A model generated the notes under the pieces. It did no database searches. It saw nothing but the letters and a program-made list of their open reading frames with translations, and was not told the origin of the DNA. From contig CM119265.1 of the NCBI GenBank assembly GCA_051294375.1, positions 2,514,220 to 2,578,219 on the forward strand: a stretch of 64,000 nt of DNA. The letters are read 5' to 3'. Each line of letters begins with the position of its first letter. Position 1 is the stretch's first letter. This document shows, one piece after another, positions 1-11,805 of the stretch. The DNA comes from Paraspadella gotoi (lineage: Eukaryota; Animalia; Chaetognatha). The position numbers and the translations under genes are program-made.

Positions 1-44
1 CAGAGAGAGAGAGAGTAAGAGAGACCTAACTTTTTCCATATTAG

Positions 45-212
45 GTTCTCCTAGAGAAAGGTCAGATCGCCTTCTCCCCGACCGCCTGGCGAATCTCGGC
101 TCTCTTCGAAAATCTCATCGGAATGATAATCGCGGAATTCGCTCTCATTCCTCGCCTGCCTGATATCCTCACTTATAGGCCAGGCCCTCGAGGAGGGGAG
201 ACTCATTATCAG
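45..212 (+). CDS. DNAH2: Dynein HC exon (tail)
   Basis: tag|GTT...CAG|gtg; [15 protein letters not shown]...[10 protein letters not shown]; phase-compatible with the next exon. Confidence 0.75.
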
Positions 213-570
213 GTGATGCCATGTGGAATGGGGCAGGCCGTGTCGCCAATTGGGCTCTCTTTTTGGAGAGTGCCTAATTTCTGTTTATTCCACAACTTAA
301 TTTTAATATTAATATTTAACCTAAATATATTTTTTAATTTTTTATTTTATTAACCAATAATTCCTTACCCTAATCCTAAATTCTAACCCTTAATCTCTAA
401 CCCTTACCCTCTAATCTTATTCTTAATCTCTAACCCTAACCTCTCGTCTCTTATTCAAATCCCTAATACAAATCACTAATCTAATCCTTAAACTAATCTT
501 TAACTCTAAAAATTAATCTAATTCCGAATTTAGAATAAAATTGGACTTTCTGGGAAAATAAGGAATACTA

Positions 571-627
<57 letters not shown>

Positions 628-3600
628 CCTCTCCCACAGTTAATCGAAAAAGATCCCGAGAAGATTCGCCTCATGAGCCAAATCGACAAAGGAGTTTGCG
701 AACTCGCGATTTGTCTTGAATCTTATCAGCAATCGACTTGGGTCAAATATCGAGAAGTTTGGGAATTGGACAAAGATGAATTCATCAAGTGAGATTGGAG
801 ACGATAGCGATGAATGGCGGGTGATTGGAGATATTTAACGAGAAAAAAAAGAGTGGTTAAATACGGATGATTGGAGATATAGTAATGAGAAAAAGAACGG
901 TTAATTACGTGTGGTGAGTTTTGGGTTCAGTCCCCCTCACGGTCACGCTGGTTATGTGCGATGGTGCCGATATAAGCGCGCCAGCGACACGGGGTTGTTA
1001 CTGCAGTTCCGAAGCCCCGAGCGCAGCTTGTCTGGAGATGCCTCACACCCAGGGCGTCACACATGTCTCCCCGATGCCATAATGTATTCTTTTCTTAAAA
1101 GAAAAAAATCACTAATTCACACCCCTTCGATCTATCAATGTCCTTTTCGTCTCATCCAACCAATCACCGCTCTCTTTTTCCTCTATCCAACCAATCAGCG
1201 AATACATGGAAACTTCGCCAAACAACTCTGATTTCGAGACGGACATTTCCAAATACGATGACATCGCGAATCAGTGCGAAACCGAGGAGACGATCCGGAT
1301 GGTGAGATTGTGAATGTGTGAATAAGTGGGTGACTGTGCGAGTTGGTAATTAAGTGAATGAAATTGGTGAGTAAGTGCGGGAGTTGGTGAGTGGGTGAGT
1401 GGGTGAGTGAGGTTGTGAAAGAGTGAATGTGCGGGCGAGTGCTTCAGTGAGTGAGTGTGTGAATAAGTTTCTGAAAAAGTTGAGTTAGTGAGTGAAAGAG
1501 TTATTATGTGATTGCGTTAGTTACAGAGTGACTCACGGAAGACAACTCAACTTACTCCTTTCACTGCCCTTCTGCTCCTTTTTTCCCATTCTAATCTTCC
1601 TCCTTCCGCCTTCTAATCTTCCCCTTCTAATCTTCCCACAGGAGCGTTTCGCCCTCATCGACTGCAGCCCCATCAAAAGCTCCATCATGAGTCATTGTCT
1701 GGAGTGGCACAACCGCATCGGGTTCTTGCTCTTGGGCAACACCGTTCAGGAATTGCAGAGAGTTCACGATCTCATTCATGAGAATTCTGCCGTCACAGTC
1801 GTGGTGAGGAAGAAGGGGGAGTCACCCAATCGAGGGGGAAGGTGGTCACCCCACCGAGGGGGAAGGGGGTCACGTAACCGAGGGGGAAGGGGGTCACCAA
1901 CCCGAGGGGGAAGGGCATATCTTTTTTAAAAAATCTAAGATATTAATTTTTTTTAAATAAATATAGTTCCAAGTTTTTTCTTAAAATGGGAATAATGTAA
2001 AAATGTTTATTGTAACTGTTTTTCGGACTTAAAGGAATTGCATAATTTAGAGTGTGACATCAGAGGTCCCACCGAGATTCGAACTCGGATCGCAGGATTC
2101 AAAGTCCTGAATGCTGACCGTTACACCATGGGACCATTTGAGATATGATCTTTTTGGCACTGTCAGCTTCAAGGTTTGAATTTCAATTGAGTCAATTTAT
2201 TTTAAATATTTTTTTTTTTGGTGAGGGGGGGGGTTGCCCACCCAATGGCAAGGGGTTTCAATTAAGAATGGTTAGCCTTCTAAAAAATACATAGACAGTA
2301 AGAGTAGGTTTATTTTTTAAATATTGTTTAAATAGATACTATAAAATAACGAACGCGCGAGGACAGTTTATGTCAGGTCAAAAATAAGAGTTTGGATGAG
2401 AGAAGGAAAAAGACAGTGACTGAAGCGAGGCATAATATTTTACAGATACCATTCTGTGGGCCATTATGCGTTTTTTCACAAACTGAGAACCAAGCATTAC
2501 CCCCGAACTTACTAGTTCCTCAGAGTTAAGGTCCCACCGAGATTCGAACTCGGATCGCAGGATTCAAAGTCCTGAATGCTAACCGTTACACCATGGGACC
2601 ACGATATCTCTATGTCTGTTTGAACGAATTTATTAGTAGTGTTAGCTTCACGTTTTAAATTTTAATTTAGTCGAGAGTGTTTAATTTATTTTATTTTTTG
2701 AATTTTAATTTATTTTTAGAATTTTTATTAATTTTTCGGTTTAAAATGAAATTTGTACAAACACAGAGTTGGCGAATAACCATGAATTATTAACCGAACC
2801 TCCTCAAACCTTCTACCCTACTTTAACAAGGATCTTTATATTCTCCACCCCTCCCTTACCCTACCCATCCTCTTCAATTCCACCCCCAAGCCACCCGCCA
2901 CTCTGGAGGAACTGGGGGTGAAGATCCTCGCCTACGAAGCCATCATAGAGGATCTGGAGACGACGGAGCTTCGCTTCCCCATCATCTCGGAGGCTTTGGC
3001 CATTCTCCACATGTTCGAGATTCCTGTGGACGAGGAGATGGCGACCTTGTGGGCGGACTTCTCCAATGAGTGGCTGTCGTACCAAACGGTAAAAAGAGGA
3101 GAAAAAGGAAAGGAAAAGGAAAGAAAGTAAAATAATGGAAATGAAAAGAAAAAAGTAAATGAAAAAAAAAGGAAAAAATAATAGAAAATCTGATTAAAAC
3201 ATAAGGAAAGAAAAGAATAATGAATCAAAAATAAGGATGGGGGAAAAAGAAATAAAAAGAAAAAGTTTTTGAGACTCTCTCACACTCTGCCCATCTCACT
3301 CCCTCTCCCCATCTCTCTCCCTCTCCTCCTCTCTCTTCCTCTCCCCATCTCTCCCCCTAGATCCTCCACGGTGCTGGACAAATGCTGGAGAAAGTCAAAG
3401 AGAAATTCCGCGCCGACCTTCTGCGTCAGGCCGAGGAATGGCGTCAGAAATGCCTGGCGCTGTACGAACACTTCATGGCCACCGGACCTTTCTACTCTAA
3501 CTTCACGAGCGAACAAGCATGCGAGATCATGGGCGAGACTCACAGGTGTGTGAGGAAGCTTGCATTTGATTGCCTACTTGTTCTATCTCCCTCTTTTACA

Positions 3601-5371
3601 AGACCATATATAATATATATTCTCATTATGTCATTATGTCACTATGTCTTTTTTTATTAATAATGATTAATATTGTATCAAACTCTCTAATCAATCACTA
3701 TCATCAATGGCTATAATAATTAAAAGATTTAATATACAATTTATGATCTCGAAATATCACACGTACTGAGGTTATTTATACCAATACGACTATATGCAAA
3801 TGAGATTGACGATTACAATCTTATTTTCCATTGAATCGAGAGTTTATCTCTGATACCATCCCGTCGGTACGTACATCCGTCGCTATGTCAGTCTGCCGCA
3901 GTGTCCGTACATTCTCTCTCTATTTGTCCATACATCCGTCCGTCCGTCAACAGGGACATCGATCGCCTTCGGGTCGTCGAAGCGGAGATTCGTCGCGGTC
4001 TTCTCATCTTCCGTATGGACCTTCCGCCATCCCACGATCTCTTGATGCTGGAGAGACATTTGGGGGAGATCGAAGGCATTTGGGAGATTGCAATGCAATG
4101 GGACAGGTTCGGCATTGAGTTAATTTTTTGTTGTTAAAGATTAAGTTGAAAGTTAGTATAAAGGTATAGGGATTAAGTGAGCGATTAAGGTCGGTGTTTA
4201 AGATTAGGGGTTATGATTAGAAATTGGGGATAAGGATTTAGGATTAGGATTAGCATTAGGTTAGATTAGGGATAAGGGTTAAAGGAACAAAAATGAGGCG
4301 CTCTGGAAAAAGAGAGCCGGCCAAAGAGGGTTTGGATTAGGGAAATTGGACAGGTGGGTCAAAAATGGTTTGGATTAGGGAATTTGGGAGATTCCAATGC
4401 AATGACAATCCTGGTTAGAATATGACTGCGATTAACTTGGAAGAATCCAATACAATGGGACAAGGAGAGTAAACGATTAATTTGCGAGGAGCAAATCAAC
4501 CAATCTATTCCTAACTTACCTTTCTCTCCCCCCCTAACTACACAACCAACCCACCCCAGACTCTGGGACGAATGGCGACTCGGCGCCTTCGCCACTCTCC
4601 GCACGGAAGTCATGGAGGACACCTCCAACGAGCTTTTCAAGAAGTTGACCCTCATCGACAAATCGTTGAAGAAATCCGGGTTCGAGTGGAGCATCGTCGC
4701 CTCGACCTGTCATCGCGTGGACGAGTTTAGGAGGACGATGCCTCTGGTCACGGATCTCCACAATCACGCCATGAGGGCGCGACATTGGGAACAGATCAAG
4801 GTTTCTATTAGGGGGGGGAGTGCGGCTTTAGAGGGGTGAGAGTAGATTAAGGGTTTTTGGGGGAAGGTCTGTTGGGAACTGATTATTTTATGGTCTTTGT
4901 TTTAGAGGTGGATGGTTTGGATTTGTATTTACAGGCGATGCCAAATGTTGGTCCACCGGTTCTTTTTTTTCTTTTTTTTTTTTCATAAGTCTATGGTGGA
5001 CTAAAATCCACCAACCGTTCATCAGCGGCCATTGGTGCAGGAGGCAAGTCATTCGTCTCCCAACCCAAAGGTCCCAAAGGTCCCCAGCAGTTAAGAGGGA
5101 TGGGGCGATTAACCCGCCTGTAACACAGTGTTACAGCCTGATCCGAAGCTCAGGGACTGCTTATATTGAACGGTTCTGTCATTAACACAACAATAATTAC
5201 TGTCTTTTAAAGTCCCACGGTTAATTTTCTTTATCCGTTCGTACAATCTAGCTTTTTAATGCGTTTCAATTCATTTTGTATCTTTTTCCGACGCATCGAT
5301 CGAAAAGTTTTAAAAATTCGTTACGTCATATATCGTCATATAATGTCCAATAAACTCTAATCTAAATCTCG

Positions 5372-5402
<31 letters not shown>

Positions 5403-6939
5403 ACCCACGCGTAAAAAGGCGATGATGGGCAAAGACTTTGACGAAACTGACGAAGGCTTCAACCTCGAGAAGATCATGGAGCTCGAGTTCGCCGCCTTCG
5501 CCGAAGGAATCCACAACACGTCGGACGCTGCGACGAAGGAGTTGGTCATCGAAATGGGTCTCATTAAGATCAACAACATTTGGTTGAGAACCGAAGAGTC
5601 GGACGGTGAGGAGGTGAGCAGGCGGTAGGGAAGGGGAGGGAGGGGAGGGAAGGGAAGGGAAGGGAAGGGAAGGGAAGGGAAGGGAAGGGAAGGGAAAGGG
5701 AAAGGAAGGGGAGGGAAGGGAAGGGAAGGAAAGGGGGCTTGGTTGTGAAGGGAAGGGAAAGGGAAGGGGAGGGAAGGGGAAGGGAAGGGAAGGGAAAGGA
5801 AGGGAAGGGAAAGGAAGGGAATGGAAGGGAAAGGAAGGGAAGAGAAAGAAGGGAAGGGAAGAAAGGAGAGGGAAAGGGGGCTTGGTTGTGAGGGAAGGGA
5901 AAGAAAGGGAAGGGAAGGGAAGGGGAAGGGGGTGAAAGGGGATTGGTTGTGAAGGAGAGGGAAAGAAAGGGAAGGGAAAGGGAAGGGAAGGGGAGGGAAA
6001 GGGGGATTGGTTGTTGTTCGGGGGTTGGGTTAAAACGAGTCGGGTTAAATTTTTGCCCTTTTTTTTCTTTTGCAGAAAAGGGTGACGGAAATTAGATTTT
6101 TAAATTTGGTATTTTTTGGATTAAAAAATGCGTGGTTTCTCTTTGGAAGTAAATGTATTTTTTTTTTTTTTTAATAATGTCTTCGACTCGAGTCGCGGAT
6201 CCGTCCCGATTCCATCAGCGATGTTATAATGACAACCGTTTTGGTGTTTTATCTAAAATAAGCGCGTTTTACGGGTAAAGCCAATTAAATTCATCAACAA
6301 ATAGTCAAACTTTGCTCCCTTCGTTCATTATTGGGCTTGGGTATGTCAAATCTCGAGAAATCAAAGGGCGCGAAAAGTAGACCCACCAAGAGTCGAACTT
6401 GGGTTTCCGGGTTCAGTACCCGGCGTGCTAACCGTTACACCATGGGTCGTATCCAGAAGGCGAGAGGAAACTTGATTAAGTATTTCTAATCTTTAAAAAA
6501 AGAGTTTGAGAGAGAGAGAGAGAGAGAGAGAGAACCGGTTTTTTAATCAGATCGAAGAAAATCGAATTTCGAGTCGCGAAAGATTAAAATTTTGTTGAGG
6601 AACCAGAAAGAGAGAGAGAATGAATGAGTGAATGAATGAATACACGGATACGGTCATGGGCACACACTCCGCGGCCTATACGACCATTTAGTCGTTGTTC
6701 AAAGGTTAATGTAAAATTAGAAGTAGAAATTAGATTTCCACAACAGACTCCACAGCTATAAAACTATCATAAAACGAAAATAGTTAGTTTTCATTAGAGT
6801 ATGAAAAAAGAAATAATAAGTCAATACACATAATAAAATGTTCGGATTAAGAAACGGTTTCATGTCTATTACAAAAAAAACCAAAGAATTTGAGAAAACA
6901 TTGAGACGTCTCGTCTTTATCTTCTTTGTAGCTTAAAGT

Positions 6940-6970
<31 letters not shown>

Positions 6971-7041
6971 CCGGTTTCTCAATCAGATCGAAGAAAATCG
7001 AATTTCGAGTCAAGAAAGATTAAAATTTTCGTTGAGGAACC

Positions 7042-7076
<35 letters not shown>

Positions 7077-7417
7077 GAGAGAGAGAAGAGAGAGAGAGAG
7101 AAGAAGAGAGAGAGAGAGAGAGAGCGCTTTCATGATTATTTTCATAAACAGAACTAAATTCTTGCGCAGGAATGTGTTTCGATTTGACGCCGTACAAAGA
7201 TCAGGGTCACTACAAACTCAAAGCTGGAGATGATATCTTTACTCTGCTGGAGGAAAATCAGATGCAGGTTGAGATAAAGAAAGAAAGATAGAAAAGAAAA
7301 AAAAAGAAAAGAAAGAAAGAAATACAGAAAAGAAAGATAGAAAAGAAAGATAGAAAGTAAGAAAGAAACGAAAGAAAGAAAGAAACAAAGATAAGAAAGA
7401 AAGAAAAAGAGATAGAA

Positions 7418-7469
<52 letters not shown>

Positions 7470-10105
7470 AAAACAAGCAAGCAAGCAAACAAGCATCGTT
7501 TTATTTTCCAAGGTTTCCTCCATGAAAGCTTCCCGCTTCTGCTCTCCCTTTCGCAAAGAAGTTGATTACTGGGAGAAAGCGTTGAATCAGATCACGGAAG
7601 TCACGGAGATGCTGTTGAAGGTCGAGTGCTTGATGTTGAAGATCGAGTGGTTCATGTTGAAGGTCGAGTGGTTGATGGTGAAAGTCGAGTGCTTGATGTT
7701 GAAGGTCGAGTATTGACGTTGAAGGTTGAGTGGTTGATGTTGAAGGTCGAGTATTGACGTTAATGGTGGAATATTTGATGTTGAAGGTCGAGTGGTTGAT
7801 GTTGAAGATTGAGTGGTTGATGTTGAAGGTCGAGTAGTTGACGTTGAAGGTCGAGTGGTTGATGTTGAAGGACGAGTATTGATGTTGATGGTGGAATATT
7901 TGACGTTGAAGGTTTAGCACTTGATGTTGAAGGTTTAGTAGTTGACGTTGAAAGTCGAGCAGTTGATGTTGACGAAGAATAAAAGGTGCTGTTGAAGGAT
8001 AAGCTGGGTTGATGTTGAAGAAAAAAAAAAACAAACCGATGTTAAAGACGAAGATAAATTGATTTTGAGAAGATGAAGGATTGATGGGGCGACATGCTGT
8101 TGTTAACGGGAAGATGTTGCGCTGTTTGAGTCGGACACGTTGTGATTCTCACGCTTTAGAGGAGAAATTTGTGGTCGGTCAATCGACACGGACGTGGTTC
8201 TCTATCGGTCCTTCCAAAAATCCACAGGTCCAAACTCAGTGGCTTTACCTGGAGAACATCTTCCAAGGCGAAGACATTCGTCGACAACTTCCCAAAGAGT
8301 CCGACGACTTTGACCGAATTAACCTCACCTGGAGAGACGTGACGCAGGGTAAGGACCGGGGGGTGTCGGGAATATTTAAAAAAAATTACAATTTAAGGAA
8401 AATTTTAAATATATATAAAGATAATATATAATATAAAGATAATCGAAAAGAAAAATAGGAAAAGAAATGAAAAGAAAGAGACGAGACGAGACGAGACGAG
8501 ACGAGACGAGACGAGACGAGACGAGACGAGACGAGACGAGACGAGACGAGACGAGACGAGACGAGACGAGACAAAAGTCGGAATTAAGCATAAAAAAAAC
8601 AAACAAAGAAATGTACTAAAAAGTATGAAAAGAGGCACCAAAATAAAAAAAAGACCCGAAATGTAGAAAAAGAGCTTGAAACCTGAAGATCTTCGTCCCC
8701 AGTCGTGGCCCAAGACCCCAATTGCGTGATCGCTTGTCACTCTATCGGGATTCTCAAGACCCTCATCGCGATGAGCGAAGAGCTGGAGGTCATCGAGCGC
8801 GCGTTGGAGCAATACTTGGAGACCAAGCGGCAAATCTTCCCGCGGTTTTACTTCATCTCCAACGACATCTTGCTGGAGATTTTGGGAAATTCTAAGAATC
8901 CGCCAGAGGTCATGAAGGTGAAGGAGGTTGAAGAGGGAGGGAGGGGGTGTGGGGGGGGTCGAAGAATCGAGATTGGAAGAAGAGAGGGCGAACGATTTTA
9001 ACAATGGCCTCCTTATCTCAATTCAGTATTTATTTAATTTGCTTCAGTATAGTCTTGATGATAACGAGGTATAAAGACCGAGAGATATTTTACGTACAAT
9101 GCCAGATCTTGATAGAGAGAAAAAGCTAATTAAGTAGAAGAGATTGTGAGAAAGAGAGACTTTCTCGCGACCGCCAAACACAACGACCACCGGGCAAAGT
9201 GGCTAAGAAACCTTTGTCAATTAAAACATTTCATCTTTCATAAGCAGGTATAATTAATCTAATGGCGCCGTTCTTCAGCACATGCGCGCCATGTTCGACA
9301 ACATCAAGTCCCTCAAGTTGGAACCCGCCAAACAAGACCCCAAGAAGTTCGTGGCCAAAGGGATGCAGTCGTCCGACGGAGAATACATCGACTTTCTCTT
9401 CAACGGGCCGCTGCTCGACGGACCGGTGGGTGGACGAGGAAGGGAGGTTTCGGGTGAGGATCGCGGGTTTAATGAGGTCAGTTTTAAGTGTTCTTGAGGA
9501 CGCGACGATGCCGATGGATTAATTGATAATTTGAGAATATATAAATAAATATTTCAGTAAGTTTATTTACAAATTTTCTATTTTATTAACTGTTTGTTAG
9601 CTATATTTATTAATAAATAATAATAAAAAAATAAGCTAAAATGAAAAAATTAAATTTGTTTGTTTTGTTGTTTTTCTTTGTTGTTGTTGTTGTTTTTGTT
9701 GTTTTTCTTTTTTATGACAATTTTATATACATTAAAAATCGTCATTTTCGACAAGAAAGATAAAATAATACAAGCGTGACCGGGAGGGGATTGATCCCGG
9801 AGTTAACGGTTGGTACTAAGCTGTCCAAGCTCATAGGGACTAGCTAAGTTGAATCAGTCTACACGGGATTCGCCATACCCACCCTCCCAGGTGGAGTCCT
9901 GGCTCTGCGACATCGAGCACCACATGCGCCTGGCGTTGCGCGACGTCCTCTGCCGGACCCGGATGTCGCTTCGCAAACACTTGACCAAGAGAGACAAGTG
10001 GATCAAGGAATGGCCGGGTCAGCCTTGCATCACGGCGTCTTCGATGCAGTGGACGGGAGATACGGAGAGATCGTTGAAGAGGTGATTGAGAAGAGGATGA
10101 ATGAA

Positions 10106-10178
<73 letters not shown>

Positions 10179-11768
10179 GAGATTCGACAACAACATCCAC
10201 TCTTTTGTCTCCACCAAATATCAGAGCCAAAGAAAAGGGAGACAAAAAACCTTTGAAGCTTCTAAAGCGAAAATACGTTCAAGTGTTGAACAAATTTTCT
10301 GAGGCGATTCGAGGGAATTTGACGAAGATCGCGAGATTGAAAGTCGTCGCTCTTGTCACCATTCAGGTAAAAGAGGAGGGTGGGGGGGGAAAGGGAGGGC
10401 GGTTATGGGTCTGAGAGAGAGAGAGAGAGTTGGGCTCACTTTTTTTTAAAAGCGACCCAGTTTCTGTTTCTTACTTCCCTCTCTCTCTCTTCTCTTGCTC
10501 GTGCCGGTTCAGGCACCAAGGCCACTTTGCCCCAGTTTGGGCAATGACCTAAGACTGACCCTAGTATTAGAGCCGGAATCAAAAGGCTCGCTCCGTTATC
10601 TCGGCGAGGCTGCCTGGGTGACATTAAATCTTAAGTACATTTTGTAAAAAATGAATCGAACCTAATTCGTTAAACACAGAGAAAATGTATTTCTTTGGAA
10701 AGAAAACGAAATGAACACTTTTTCAATATCAATCGTCGAGACTTGACAAAAGCGGATAAATCCCTAATGCGATTTCCAATAAGGAGGAAGATTCGAAAAC
10801 CTGCAATCTTGGCAATAGTTTTTTTTTTCGTTTCTCCTTTTTATTTCTTTTCTTCTTTCAATCGACACCCAACCCTTTCTCGATCCTGTCCAGAAGAGTC
10901 TCTCCATTCATCTCTCTCTCTCCCTCTCTGCTCTTTTCTATCCTGTCCAGTAGAGAGTCTCCATTAATCTCGCTATCCACCCGTCCCCCCTTCACTATCC
11001 TCTCTAACCATCCCTCCCTCTCCTCCCTTCCTCCCTTCTTCCTCCCTCTCTTCCTCGTGGACACCAACCCGTGCACCCGTTTCTCGTGTCGATGCTTTTC
11101 GTTCGGTCGAGAGAATTCTTTCCCGCACACGCAACACGGCCATCGTTTCCCTTCGTGCGCGGCCTCGACGTGGGAGCGGAGATCGAACTTGATCGAGTAG
11201 ACCTTGGGACAGAGCGGACAAGCGAAGGATTCTCCGCCGTGGATCCCGCGAATGTGTTGTTTCAGGGTGCTGGGTTGGGAGAAGATCTTTCCCGGGCACT
11301 GCGGGCATCGCAGCACTCGGCCCGAATGGCGGTTCATCCTGTGTTTCCGCAGGGCTTCCTTCTCGCGGAAGGCTTCGCCGCATTTGAGGCATTTGAAGGG
11401 TTTGGAAGGGGTGGCGCCGTCGCCCTCGGCGTGGTGGTCGCGGGCGTGGCGAAGGAGATCGTCGACGGTGGCTCCGCATTCTTCGCACATCGTCTTCGTC
11501 TTCTTCTTGATCTCCTCTTCCTCTTCTTTGCTCTTCCTCGTTACTCCGTTTCTTCCGACGGTTTTACCCTTCTTGTGCTGCCACTCTTGGTGTCGAGCGA
11601 GATTGTAGGCCGTCGAGAAGGGAAGCTGACACGTGACCACGTCGCAGATCACGTGATCTGGAGGGAGGACGACCTCCTCGGGGTGGCGGAACTTAAGGGG
11701 TTGGGAGAAAGGAAGGGATTTGAGAGAGAAGTATGAAAATGAGAAAAATGGGGAGTAGGAAATACTTT

Positions 11769-11805
<37 letters not shown>

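Noticed and set aside
365-500. Telomere or interstitial telomeric array
   Set aside because: Too degenerate and short, and it recurs as part of a dispersed repeat.
6938-7556. ORFs rich in ER, SL or FLSF repeats (also at 8376-8606, 9840-10245, 36040-36594, 48291-49187, 56115-56365)
   Set aside because: These are translations of (GA)n, (GAAA)n and (GAGAC)n microsatellites or low-complexity tracts.
7501-8034. 177-aa Gln/His/Asn-rich minus-strand ORF
   Set aside because: Product of the 21-bp minisatellite read antisense.
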